Shown piece by piece: positions 8,854-18,557 of a stretch of DNA of 64,000 nucleotides. A program made the translations under genes and the position numbers. Position 1 is the first letter of the stretch; every line of letters begins with the position of its first letter. The DNA is taken from NCBI GenBank assembly GCA_048244295.1, contig DBFAZJ010000051.1, positions 13,842-77,841 of the forward strand, read 5' to 3'. A model generated the notes under the pieces. The model was not told where the DNA came from. It made no database searches and saw only the letters and a list, made by a program, of their open reading frames with translations. The DNA is from Collinsella sp. Its GTDB lineage: Bacteria > Actinomycetota > Coriobacteriia > Coriobacteriales > Coriobacteriaceae.

Positions 8854-10560
8854 ATGAAGCAACAAATAAAACTTCGCTGGCTGCTGCCCATAGCACTCGC
8901 TTTGCTGTTCACCCTTGGCGATACTGTCGCCGCGAATAATGGCAAGCTAATCTTCGACACGATCTCTTTTGCGGCATCTCTGGTGCTTTTCGCCGTTTTC
9001 TTTGTTGCGCTGTTCGCGATCGTCGATTTCGTACTCGCCGGCAGCGGCACGTTGCAATTGAAAAAGAATGCAATTGTCAAAACAATATCCAATGGCGCTT
9101 CTGCCGTTGACCGTTTTTTGTTCAGCAGGAACAAGCAGACATCAACGGCTATCATGTGTATCGTTATTCTTCTCTGCTGGCTTCCGTGGATGGTGCTCTT
9201 TTTCCCCGGCATTTATTGGAGCGACACGTCCCAAGAGTTGCTAGAGCACTTCGGACTTGTTACCTTGTCCGATCATCACCCCTATGCGATGACACTCATA
9301 CTTGGATGGTTCGCGGATTTGGGGAATAGCCTGTTTAACAGCGTGAGCAAGGGTTTGTTCGTTCTTATTTGTATTCAAAGCGCAATCGCGATTTACTTTT
9401 TCTCTCGGTTTATCTGGGAACTTCACGATAGCGGACTTGGCCGCATCGGAAGTTTGGCGCTACTTTGCTTCGTGTCGCTCTTCCCCTTTATCCCTCTAAT
9501 GTTTTGCTCAGCCGCAAAAGACACCCTATCCTGCGCGTTCTTCCTTGGATTTGCTCTGCAACTATTCCTAATCGTTAAATCAAACGGCAAAGAGCTACAA
9601 AACCCGCGGGCATTAATCGCGATGATCGTATGCGCGCTGATATCCTCCCTTACAAAGAAAACCACCGGCTATGTAGTACTCCTTTGTTTTGTCCCTCTTC
9701 TGCTTGCATATCGCAAAAAGGAATCGTTGGTCAGGTCGGCGGCTGCGGCAGCAGTTGTATTCGCCATAGTCTTCATCGTGTTCCCGAAGCTTATTCTTCC
9801 GGCATTTTATGTTCAGACGGGCGGAAAGCAGGAGGCCATCGCGACGCTCATCCAACAGGTCGCGCACGACGTCACCTTCAACAGCAATGACCTCACCTCA
9901 GAGGACCGCAGCTTAATTGATGACTTTCTGCTGGTGGACTGCGACGAGATTCCCTCGCGCTACAACTGGCAGATTGTCGATCCGGTCAAGGAACGAGGTC
10001 TCCATAACGATAAACGCATGGGAGACTTCGTCAAATTGTGGGCAAAGAACACCTTGAAGCACCCTAGAGGCCACTTGGAGTCTTGGCTCGGCCTCGTGGA
10101 TGGATGGATTACGTTCCGAACCGATCTGGCTGGAACACCGAATTACATGGTAGTGCTGACGTATTCCGGGTGGCACGACGATGGAATAGAGACGTGCACA
10201 GACTGGAATGACCAGATCACCAGCGGCGGCAAGTCAGCGGAAACCATCTACCGCGCCGTTCAATCAATACCGGTTCTTAACGTATTGTTCTTTAGGAGCA
10301 CATGGGCATCGATTGTGCCATTGTTAACCTTGTTCCTTTTGCTCGGCAAATCCCGCAATAGTCGACTCCAACGACTGGTTTTGGCCATGCCGGTGCTTGC
10401 TTCGCTAATCCCTTTGGCTATTACTCCTGTCTCTGTGATGGGAGGGGAGCCAACCCGATATGTATTTGCCATCGTGTGCGCGGCACCGCTCCTCATAAGC
10501 GCTTCTTGCGTTCTAAATCAGGAGAAGTCCTCAGATTCGGCGTCCGGTAAAAACCGATAA
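8854..10560 (+). CDS. DUF6020-type multi-TM protein (putative GT-C glycosyltransferase)
   Basis: FPGIYWSDTSQEL...SDHHP, KDTL, QQVA, DPVK, KHP..HLE, terminal RY motif; polytopic. Confidence 0.75.
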   Translation: MKQQIKLRWLLPIALALLFTLGDTVAANNGKLIFDTISFAASLVLFAVFFVALFAIVDFVLAGSGTLQLKKNAIVKTISNGASAVDRFLFSRNKQTSTAIMCIVILLCWLPWMVLFFPGIYWSDTSQELLEHFGLVTLSDHHPYAMTLILGWFADLGNSLFNSVSKGLFVLICIQSAIAIYFFSRFIWELHDSGLGRIGSLALLCFVSLFPFIPLMFCSAAKDTLSCAFFLGFALQLFLIVKSNGKELQNPRALIAMIVCALISSLTKKTTGYVVLLCFVPLLLAYRKKESLVRSAAAAAVVFAIVFIVFPKLILPAFYVQTGGKQEAIATLIQQVAHDVTFNSNDLTSEDRSLIDDFLLVDCDEIPSRYNWQIVDPVKERGLHNDKRMGDFVKLWAKNTLKHPRGHLESWLGLVDGWITFRTDLAGTPNYMVVLTYSGWHDDGIETCTDWNDQITSGGKSAETIYRAVQSIPVLNVLFFRSTWASIVPLLTLFLLLGKSRNSRLQRLVLAMPVLASLIPLAITPVSVMGGEPTRYVFAIVCAAPLLISASCVLNQEKSSDSASGKNR

Positions 10561-10564
10561 CGAA

Positions 10565-11812
10565 TTACTGAGCTTTATCAGCGAGCCAGCCGAGACCAGC
10601 CGCCGCATACGCAGCAGCGCACAGCGGCAAGGCCCCATCGTCGAACCGGATCCTCGGGTCGTGCATCGAGAAGTGCTCCTCGGCGTCCCAGGCGGCAGCA
10701 CCAACTGTGAAGTACGCGGATGGCACGCGCTCCGAGAAGAACGCGAAATCCTCAGCGCCCAGCGTATGCTGGATCCCGCGAAAGCGCATCTCCGGCTCGG
10801 CCGCGCCTACGTACGCGAGGCACGCATCCGTCATCATGCTATCGACAACCAGCGGCGGGACGTCCGAGAGGTCCTCGACCTCGGCCGAGACGCGGTAAGT
10901 CGACGCGACGCCTCCGACGACCTCTCGAACACGAGTCTTGACCTTGGCCATGACCTCCGCGTCGAACGCCCGCGCCGTGCCCTCGAGCACGCACTCGTCC
11001 GGGATCACATTCGGTGCGCTGCCGGCCTCGAACTTCCCGATGGAGAGCACCACCTCGGTCCCCGCGGCGAACTCACGGTGCATCGCCTCATCGATGGCAA
11101 GGTGCACATGAACTCCCGCGATAATCGGGTCGATGCACTTATGCGGCATAGACCCGTGCCCGCCATGCCCGCGCAAGCGGATCCGAAAACCCCATACCCC
11201 AGCGGATTGTTCCTCCCCATACAGCATAAGTCCCATCGGGCAGCGGCCGTTCACGTGCAGTGCAAAGGCGGCGTCCACGTGCGGGGACTCAAGGACTCCG
11301 TCGGCGACGACCGCTGCGGCTCCGGTAAGCGTCTCCTCCCCCGGCTGAAATAGGAGCTTTACACAACCGCCGAGCTCGCGGATCGCGCCTTCCCGAGCCC
11401 TGAGCAGCCGCGCCGCACCCAGCAATGACGTCGCGTGCATATCGTGCCCGCAGGCATGTGCGCAGCCGTTGACGGAAGCCCACGACTCGCCTGAGCGCTC
11501 GGCGACCGGCAGCCCGTCCATATCCGCGCGAAGGAGCACGCAGGGGCCTGCAGCGTCCCCGATAACCGCAGTTACCTCGCCGTGCACCCCAGCTGACGGC
11601 GCATATCCCATCTGTTCCAGTCGGGCTCGCACGAACTCCGTTGTCTGCGGGGTGTTCAGTCCGAGCTCGGGCATCCGATGCAGCTGATGGCGCCAATCGA
11701 CGAACTGTTCCGCAGACGCCTCGGCATCGCGCAACAGCCCATCGACCGCTCGAGCAGCGGTAGTAGAAGGAGCTTTGGGCAGATGAGGCTCTCTATCCTC
11801 CGGGCTGATCAT
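10565..11812 (-). CDS. M20 family amidohydrolase
   Basis: LHRMPELG, LRADMDGLP, HACGHD.H, FQPGEE, G.GGHGS.P, GAEDF; GGGGGA RBS before ATG 11812. Confidence 0.93.
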   Translation of the reverse strand: MISPEDREPHLPKAPSTTAARAVDGLLRDAEASAEQFVDWRHQLHRMPELGLNTPQTTEFVRARLEQMGYAPSAGVHGEVTAVIGDAAGPCVLLRADMDGLPVAERSGESWASVNGCAHACGHDMHATSLLGAARLLRAREGAIRELGGCVKLLFQPGEETLTGAAAVVADGVLESPHVDAAFALHVNGRCPMGLMLYGEEQSAGVWGFRIRLRGHGGHGSMPHKCIDPIIAGVHVHLAIDEAMHREFAAGTEVVLSIGKFEAGSAPNVIPDECVLEGTARAFDAEVMAKVKTRVREVVGGVASTYRVSAEVEDLSDVPPLVVDSMMTDACLAYVGAAEPEMRFRGIQHTLGAEDFAFFSERVPSAYFTVGAAAWDAEEHFSMHDPRIRFDDGALPLCAAAYAAAGLGWLADKAQ

Positions 11813-11928
11813 GTTCGTACTCCCCCAACCTTGAGCTCTCGACTGGTTAACCGAGATCCCTGTCAATTGAGCTAGCAACTGCTTTGAGAACAACGGGGCA
11901 AGCAAAGGAACGGAGACAAGTATTGCCG

Positions 11929-12453
11929 TTATTCGCTCGTATTATCTATCTCTTGCTGCTCGATATCGCGCAGGAGCGCATCGGCGTCGATGGACGGCAA
12001 AATCAGTTTCGGCGCACCAGAGACACACGAGAGCTCAACCAGTTTCGCAGACGCAAAACCATGGGCGGCCTTGATGGCTTCAAGACGAAGAGCATGGGCC
12101 ATTTTGTTGTTGCGGCGGCTTCTGGCATCGTCTTGACCGGCCATATGGCGTGCAGTGATGACCTCATCACCCATCAAAGGAACGCTGGCGATCAGTCCAA
12201 GTGTGGCAGCAAAAACAACAGCGGGAGGTTCTTCTTGCCCTCCATCAGCAGATCCAAGTTCAAAGCGAACGCAAACCAAAGAACGGAGTAGCTGCTTCCC
12301 TAGTTTCCGATCGACATCGAAATCGGACTGAGGGTTTTCCAAGGACATCGCAATCTTGGCATCGTCAGAAACAGGAGAGTTCGATTGAAAGAGCAACTCC
12401 AAAAGAGAGATGTCCTCGATGTGTATCGCCAGCGAGATATCCGAATCGCTCAA
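11929..12453 (-). CDS. Hypothetical protein, SecB-like fold candidate
   Basis: GGAGG RBS before TTG 12453; four amphipathic beta-type segments, a long helix, then LILPSIDADALL and an acidic tail, matching SecB topology. Confidence 0.55.
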   Translation of the reverse strand: MSDSDISLAIHIEDISLLELLFQSNSPVSDDAKIAMSLENPQSDFDVDRKLGKQLLRSLVCVRFELGSADGGQEEPPAVVFAATLGLIASVPLMGDEVITARHMAGQDDARSRRNNKMAHALRLEAIKAAHGFASAKLVELSCVSGAPKLILPSIDADALLRDIEQQEIDNTSE

Positions 12454-12572
12454 GAAGTACCTCCAAATAGTTTCACAAAGTAATTTATGCATGCGACCGC
12501 TTTAGCCAGAACCATTTATGTCACAACAGCAAGCCAAAGCGAGCGACTAAAAGTATGACGATCGGCTGAGCG

Positions 12573-13694
12573 TTAGAGCACCGTGACGATTATTTGGCAC
12601 AGGCTCTTTCCATAAGAGGAATCCACCGCCCACTTTCCCGCCAATTTTTCCACGGTTGGCGCGCACCCACGGTTCACATAGGCAAAACGAGGGTCCACGC
12701 AAGCGTTATTGAGCGGAGCCGTGCTCGCATAAGCTTTAAGGTGTTGGACCTGAGCACGAAGGCCCTCGCGAACATCCTTGAAAGAGTTTCCGTGGGCACC
12801 GTTTCCGGTAGCGCCAATGCCCGCAAAATTAAACTGCTCAATGCGAACATCCCCACCAAACTGTAGCCAACCCGTCTCGTGCATAGCTTGGGCGAATACG
12901 ACCTCCGCGCGAACGCCTTCCGCCGCGGACTCTTCGCACAGGATGCGACAAAAGTCCTCGATAGTAGGCGCCCCTCCAGTTGCAAGAGAAGAGCCAGGGT
13001 ACGAATGACCAGATGCCTTATAACGTGAAACCATCTTTGCGATCGTGGTCCGAGAAGATCCCATTATTTGATAATCGCCGGCGACAAGATTCATATCATT
13101 GGGATCCCCGCCCTCCACGGCGTACCAGGCATAAGCCTCATTTTGGCTCTCGTCATGCCAGCCATAAGCAACTAGCTGATTGTGCTCGGTAGAGGAAGTC
13201 GTGAAGTTGTGGTTGCAAGAAAATGCATTGGGATTGTACTCACGGTACACGCCGACGGTCTCGTTGTCGTCAGAGTACCAGCCGATTCCCTCCCCGACCC
13301 ATCCTAAGGACATCAGCTCCCGGTACTCATCGACGCTCCTTGTATAGTGATGGTCGCCGCCAGGCACATACGGGTTGTACAAGCGATAAACAGGAGAAGA
13401 GGAAGAGACCGGCGACTTCCAGCCGATTCCCTCGTAGTTCCACCCAGCGATCATAAGGTCTTGGCGCTCACTTGTGGAATCTGTATAAAAGTGTTCACCG
13501 GAATAGGGATTGTACATGCGGTAAAGAGAGACGTTTGCGCCAGTCTGTCCATACGCTGTGGTAATAAACGAGAACATAGAAATGCCAAAGAGAAGAGCAA
13601 AGAGCACAAGATTTCTGCAATATAATAAATTTAGTTTATTCTTCGAATCGTTCAGCCCACAAGTTTCGCGATCGCATCTGCTCGGGACAATCAT
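12573..13694 (-). CDS. Secreted glucosaminidase (GH73-type) with N-terminal DUF5648-type triple repeat
   Basis: Signal peptide; three RLYNP..H.YT repeats; EGVRAEVVFAQAMHETGWL, QFNFAGIGA, AQVQHLKAYA, L.GKWA...YG. Confidence 0.88.
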   Translation of the reverse strand: MIVPSRCDRETCGLNDSKNKLNLLYCRNLVLFALLFGISMFSFITTAYGQTGANVSLYRMYNPYSGEHFYTDSTSERQDLMIAGWNYEGIGWKSPVSSSSPVYRLYNPYVPGGDHHYTRSVDEYRELMSLGWVGEGIGWYSDDNETVGVYREYNPNAFSCNHNFTTSSTEHNQLVAYGWHDESQNEAYAWYAVEGGDPNDMNLVAGDYQIMGSSRTTIAKMVSRYKASGHSYPGSSLATGGAPTIEDFCRILCEESAAEGVRAEVVFAQAMHETGWLQFGGDVRIEQFNFAGIGATGNGAHGNSFKDVREGLRAQVQHLKAYASTAPLNNACVDPRFAYVNRGCAPTVEKLAGKWAVDSSYGKSLCQIIVTVL

Positions 13695-13799
13695 TCAACC
13701 ACCATCTTTCGAAATTGACTCGCTTCGCAAGAGTAACGGGATTCCCTTCACAATAAAACGAATGAAATTCTCAAAAATGCAATTGCATAGATCCAAGCG

Positions 13800-14654
13800 C
13801 TAATCCCCTTGGCGCCAAACCGTGCCATCGCCAAAATCAAGAAGCAGCGGTAAATGCGTATGCCTATCCTCGGGATCAGGGATCTGTCTCCAATTGCCAT
13901 ACAGCTGCTCAAGGTAAGCCTCGGTCTTTCCTGGAGCCGGGAAAGAGTGGCCCTCGAATTCGACGGCACAAGTCGGCAAAAGTACCGATGCATCAAAGAG
14001 AGGTTGAGTGCGCCAGGTCAAAGGGCACATCATACCTTTATTTGGCAGCCGGTCTACGCACTCATCAAACAGCGTTTGATAATGCTCCGGGTCTCTAACA
14101 ACAATTGTCTCGGCAGCATGAAGAAGTTTGCACCCCTCCTGTTCGATAAAGGACACGACGCCTTTACGGTGAGGTGTCACAATCACCTGCGAGTGATACA
14201 AAAACGAGCGGCGCTGCAGCATAAAGGTCTTATGAAGGACCTTTTTGCGTTCTTTTGGGTCGTCAGGAACAAAGTCATACGGGAAAACATCAAGAAATAT
14301 GCCCGGTATTATTCCAGAAGCCCGTGATTCTGCGTTTTCAAATCTAGTTCCATCCTTGTATATCTTGGAAAATAACCCGGCAAATGCACCGGTGTTTCTG
14401 GAAGTATGCAGAGAATAACCGTCTGGCAGCCCAGCCTCGGCTAGAAGCAAGAAACGGTTGTAGTCATCCCTTGGCATCCCAACATCGACATCGTCATCCC
14501 AGGGAATAAACCCTTTATGGCGAATAGCCCCCAGCGCAGTTCCAGAGTCGAGCCACCACGTTATTTGATTATTCTCGCAGAACTCAGAAAGCGTCTTTAG
14601 AATCTCGAGCTCAACATGCTGGAGCTTTCTGAGCGCCTCTTGTTTATCCATCAA
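13800..14654 (-). CDS. licD: LicD family phosphotransferase
   Basis: WLDSGTALGAIRHKGFIPWDDDVDVGMPR.DY, IFLDVFPYD, FEG...PAP, YLEQLYGNW. Confidence 0.93.
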   Translation of the reverse strand: MMDKQEALRKLQHVELEILKTLSEFCENNQITWWLDSGTALGAIRHKGFIPWDDDVDVGMPRDDYNRFLLLAEAGLPDGYSLHTSRNTGAFAGLFSKIYKDGTRFENAESRASGIIPGIFLDVFPYDFVPDDPKERKKVLHKTFMLQRRSFLYHSQVIVTPHRKGVVSFIEQEGCKLLHAAETIVVRDPEHYQTLFDECVDRLPNKGMMCPLTWRTQPLFDASVLLPTCAVEFEGHSFPAPGKTEAYLEQLYGNWRQIPDPEDRHTHLPLLLDFGDGTVWRQGD

Positions 14655-14819
14655 ACACCCCGATACTTCTATATTAAATAACAGCCGTTCAAAGCTTAGA
14701 GAGTTTCAAGTTTCGCCACTCGAGAAAGCCTTTCCCAGCCGCGGCGCTCATACCAATCCCACAATATCGCGACGCAACAATAAACAAAAGAAGCACGTAT
14801 TGGTCGCGTCGAAAAGGGC

Positions 14820-15010
14820 GGCGTGAGCGCGGAGGAGCCATGGTGAGATAAGTTGAGGCGAGCAGAGTTGGCATGGAGGCAATCGATGCGAGCCTGAAAC
14901 TTGCAGACAAGGTGGAGGACAGGTAGGATGGCGGCTAGATTCCAGCTGAAGGGACGGAGGCCGCGCCGACCATCGCCCTAGTGCTTACACCAACATTTCC
15001 GGCGCTACTA
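14820..15010 (+). mobile_element. Probable IS256-family right-end remnant
   Basis: Degenerate tail reading AIDASLKLADKVEDR* followed by CTTACACCAACATTTCCGGCGCTAC, which resembles an IS256-type terminal inverted repeat; recognised by eye, no transposase ORF present. Confidence 0.45.
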
Positions 15011-15032
15011 CCTGGGATAAGGAGAACAAAAA

Positions 15033-16103
15033 ATACTTAACTTTACTGTAGGGCCCGTCATGAGCCCGAACGAGGTCCTAGAGGTCGGCGGTCAGAGCGC
15101 CCCGTACTTCCGCACCCCGGAGTTCTCCAAGACGATGCTCGAGAACGAGAAGCTGATGCTCGGTCTGCTCGGCGCGCCGAAAGCCTCGCGCTGCGTGTTC
15201 CTCACAGCCTCGGGGACGGGCTCCATGGAGGCCGCCGTCATGGGCGTCCTCGAGCCCGACGAGCGCGTCGCCGTCGTCAACGGCGGCAGCTTTGGGCAAC
15301 GGTTCGTCGACTTGTGCCGCCTCCACCGCCACGAGGTCGACGAGGTCAAGCTCGAGTTCGGCGCCCAGGTCACCGCAGATGCCCTCAGCGAGGTCGTCTC
15401 GGGCGATGCGGGCGTACTGCTGGTCAACATGCACGAGACCTCCTCGGGCCTTCTCTACGACATGCCCCTCGTCTCGGCGTTCTGCCGCGAGCGCGGGATG
15501 CTGCTCATCGTCGACGCGGTGAGCGCCTTCATCGCCGACGAGATCGACATGGAGGCCCTCGGGGCCGACGTAGTGCTCACGGGCTCACAGAAGGCCCTCG
15601 CATGCCACCCCGGGATCTCCATCATGGCGCTCTCATCCCGAGCGCAGGAGCGCGTCGCGTCCAACCCGGAGCTGTGCTCCTACCTGAGCCTGAAGGAAGC
15701 CCTCAAGAACGGCGCCCGCGGGCAGACCCCCTGGACCCCCGCCGTCGCCACGCTTCTGGAAATCAACGCGCGCCTGCGCTCCATCTCCTCCCGCGGCATC
15801 GAGACCGAGCGCGCCGAGATCGCTGCCCGCGCCGGACAGGTGCGCGCGACGCTGGCCGGGACGTCGCTTGAGATGGTCCCGCAGAACCCCTCGAACGCGG
15901 TGAGCGCGTACCGCTGCCCCGAGCACAACGCCAAGGCCGTCATCGAGTGCGCAAAGGCCGATCACGGGATATGGCTGTGCCCGAACGGCGGCGCCCTCGC
16001 GGACGAGGTGTTCCGCATCGGCCACATCGGCGCGATCACGACCGCCTACAACGAGAAGCTGACCAATGCCCTCTCTGCCATGGCAGCGGCCGGACTTTTC
16101 TAG
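15033..16103 (+). CDS. Class V PLP-dependent aminotransferase/decarboxylase (apparent start codon ATA at 15033)
   Basis: (I)LNFTVGPVMS, TASGTG.MEAA, HETSSG, IVDAVS, GSQKAL (PLP Lys), FRIGHIG; AAGGAG RBS at 15019-15024. Confidence 0.85.
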   Translation: MLNFTVGPVMSPNEVLEVGGQSAPYFRTPEFSKTMLENEKLMLGLLGAPKASRCVFLTASGTGSMEAAVMGVLEPDERVAVVNGGSFGQRFVDLCRLHRHEVDEVKLEFGAQVTADALSEVVSGDAGVLLVNMHETSSGLLYDMPLVSAFCRERGMLLIVDAVSAFIADEIDMEALGADVVLTGSQKALACHPGISIMALSSRAQERVASNPELCSYLSLKEALKNGARGQTPWTPAVATLLEINARLRSISSRGIETERAEIAARAGQVRATLAGTSLEMVPQNPSNAVSAYRCPEHNAKAVIECAKADHGIWLCPNGGALADEVFRIGHIGAITTAYNEKLTNALSAMAAAGLF

Positions 16104-16113
16104 GAGCGCATAT

Positions 16114-17250
16114 ATGAAGAGATTCGCAACCGTCTCGTACAACCTGTACGGCAACTTCACCAACTACGGCTCCGCGCTCCAGACCTACGCCCTTCGCCGC
16201 TCCATCTCCGAGCTCGCCCCTGGCGAGGTCGATGCCATCGTTCTCGACTACTGCCCGGACTGCCTGCGCGAGAACAATCCTCTCGACCCCGTCAAGCGCA
16301 TGTGGGACGCCGATGAGGAGTCCAGGCGCATGGTCGAGCTCACTATGCCGGCGATCCGCGAGAACTATGCCAAGTTCGACCGCTTCTACCATGAGGAGTG
16401 CAACCTCTCCGCGGGCTCCTACACCTCCGCGAACTTCGACGAGTCTCTCACCGCCGAGGGCCTCAACGGCTATGTGTGCGGCAGCGACACGATCTTCTGC
16501 ATCCGCGAGTTCGACGGGTTCGACGACGGTTACTACGCGAGCTACCCCGCGATGCGCGGCCGCTCGATTTCGTACGCAGCGAGCTTCGGCGACGTCGACT
16601 GGTCCGAGGCCGAGCACGCGACGCTGAAGGAGCGCCTATCGAACTTCAAGGCCCTCGGGATCCGCGAGGGCGGCGCCGACCTCGCCTGGGTCGAGGCGAA
16701 CGTCGACGTCCCCGCGAGCCGCGTGCTCGACCCGACGCTGCTGCTGACCGGTGCCAACTACGCGCCCATCACCGGCGAGCCCCAGATGGACGAGCCCTAC
16801 GTGCTGCTCTACTCGCGCCGCCGTAACCCCGCCATGGACGCGTACGCCGACCGCGTGGCGGAGCGCCTGGGCTGCAAGGTCGTGGACATCAGCCTGCGCG
16901 CCACCAACGCAGAGCTCGGCCACGTCATGCGCTACGACGCCGGCGTCGAGGAGTTCCTGGCGCTCACCAAGGGCGCCCGCTACGTGGTGACCAACTCCTT
17001 CCACGGGCTCATCTTCGCCGCGCAGATGCACACGCCGTTCTCGGTCTTCTCTCGCGAGCAGGCCGACACCAAGATCTCCCAGCTGCTCTCCTGGCTCGGG
17101 CTCGAGAGCCGTGCAATGACCAGGGGTGACGAGGATGTGTCGCTGGAGATGGACTTCGCCGACATGGAGGCACGCCTGGCCGCGCTCCGCGAGGCGAGCT
17201 TGGGCTACCTTCGCGGCGGCCTCAGGCTCCTGGGGGCCTCATGCCTGTAG
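16114..17250 (+). CDS. Polysaccharide pyruvyltransferase family protein
   Basis: NYGSALQTYAL, VCGSD, SYAASFG, IRE, VLDPTLLL, VVTNSFHG; AGGAG RBS. Confidence 0.9.
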   Translation: MKRFATVSYNLYGNFTNYGSALQTYALRRSISELAPGEVDAIVLDYCPDCLRENNPLDPVKRMWDADEESRRMVELTMPAIRENYAKFDRFYHEECNLSAGSYTSANFDESLTAEGLNGYVCGSDTIFCIREFDGFDDGYYASYPAMRGRSISYAASFGDVDWSEAEHATLKERLSNFKALGIREGGADLAWVEANVDVPASRVLDPTLLLTGANYAPITGEPQMDEPYVLLYSRRRNPAMDAYADRVAERLGCKVVDISLRATNAELGHVMRYDAGVEEFLALTKGARYVVTNSFHGLIFAAQMHTPFSVFSREQADTKISQLLSWLGLESRAMTRGDEDVSLEMDFADMEARLAALREASLGYLRGGLRLLGASCL

Positions 17251-18530
17251 ACGAGGAGAGGGCGAGGACCTGCTACCTCCGCACCGAGCGAAAGGCCGAC
17301 TGCCGCGGCTGCGAGGCCTGCGCATCCGCCTGCCCCGTGGGAGCAATAGCCATGGCCGAGGACTCCGAGGGCTTCCGCTACCCTGTCGTGAACAAGGACG
17401 CGTGCGTGAGCTGCGGCCGCTGCTACGCCGCATGCGAGCTGCCGGAGAGCCGCTTCCACGCTGCCGAGGAGCAGCGCGGCTTCGGAGGCTCCATCACTGA
17501 CGAGGCGGTTCTCGCCGACAGCACGAGCGGAGGCGCCTTCACCGCGATCGCCTCCGCCTTCCTCGCGGGCGGCGGCTCGGCCGTCTTCGGGGTCGAGGCG
17601 AAGGACGTTTTCAAGGCTCGCCATGCCTGCTCCGAGGACTCGGAGGGGCTCGCAGCTTTCCGCGGGTCCAAGTACGTCCAAAGCGAGGTCGGCGGTGTCT
17701 ACTCCGATGTGCGCGACAGGCTGATGGCCGGCGAGCGGGTGCTCTTCTCGGGCACCCCCTGCCAGGTGGCGGGGCTCTACGGATACCTACGCAAGCTTGC
17801 GGCCTCGCCGCTCCTACTCACGGTGGAGGTCGTGTGCGAGGGCGTACCCGCCCCCGCGCTCATCGAGAAGCAGCTCGCCTACGTGTCCGAGAAACGGCTC
17901 GGCGGCCAGCCCGTCGCCGCGATGAGATACCGTGACAAATGGAACCGCGGCAGTAGTAAGTGGGCTTTCGAGGGGATGAGCCTCGCTGTGGCCGGCTGGG
18001 ACTTCCAGTCGAGCTCATGGACCGGGGACGCCGGCAGAAGGCATGTGGTCGACCGCTGGTTCAACCCCTTCTGGAGCGTCTGGCTCCAGCACCTGATCTC
18101 GCGCCCCTCCTGCGCCGAGTGCCCGTTCGCCCGGCGTGAGCGCGTCGCCGACGTTACGCTCGGGGACCTTTGGGGCGTCCACCTGTACTGCCCCGACCTC
18201 TACAACGACGACCGCGGCGCGTCCGTCGTCGTCTGCAACACAAAGAAGGGCCTCGATGCCTTCGAGGACGCGCGCCCAGCAATGGCCTGTCGAAAGCTCG
18301 ATATGGCCGACGTCGTGCGCTACCAAGGCCCGATGCGCGGCCCCGCCGGCGCCGACCCCAGACGCGGCGAGTGCATGGCGGACTTGTCGAGCATGGGGTA
18401 CCGCGAGTTCACCCGCAAGTGGGCGAAGAGGCCCACGCTGAAGCTGCTCGTCTCCAAGTACCTCTGGGGAACGAACAGGCAGGTGTGCGCCAGGGCGAAC
18501 AGGAAGAGCGGCAAGGGCAAGAAGAACTGA
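17241..18530 (+). CDS. Coenzyme F420 hydrogenase/dehydrogenase beta-subunit (FrhB)-like Fe-S protein
   Basis: Ferredoxin-type Cys motifs (CRGCEACASACP; CVSCGRCYAAC), STSGGAF, RGSKYVQS, FSGTPCQV, RPSC..C.F, DVTLGD.WG. Confidence 0.9.
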   Translation: MPVDEERARTCYLRTERKADCRGCEACASACPVGAIAMAEDSEGFRYPVVNKDACVSCGRCYAACELPESRFHAAEEQRGFGGSITDEAVLADSTSGGAFTAIASAFLAGGGSAVFGVEAKDVFKARHACSEDSEGLAAFRGSKYVQSEVGGVYSDVRDRLMAGERVLFSGTPCQVAGLYGYLRKLAASPLLLTVEVVCEGVPAPALIEKQLAYVSEKRLGGQPVAAMRYRDKWNRGSSKWAFEGMSLAVAGWDFQSSSWTGDAGRRHVVDRWFNPFWSVWLQHLISRPSCAECPFARRERVADVTLGDLWGVHLYCPDLYNDDRGASVVVCNTKKGLDAFEDARPAMACRKLDMADVVRYQGPMRGPAGADPRRGECMADLSSMGYREFTRKWAKRPTLKLLVSKYLWGTNRQVCARANRKSGKGKKN

Positions 18531-18557
18531 GCCGAGGCTAGGGAAGGTGAGCCGCCC

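Noticed and set aside
10565..11812. M20 amidohydrolase as a dedicated glycan deacylase
   Set aside because: It is an ordinary family member, and nothing beyond position links it to the pathway.
11929..12572. Toxin-antitoxin-chaperone module
   Set aside because: No room or ORF for a toxin or antitoxin between the glucosaminidase and the SecB-like gene.
17241..18530. True F420-reducing hydrogenase
   Set aside because: No NiFe large or small subunits or maturation genes; the context is polysaccharide modification.
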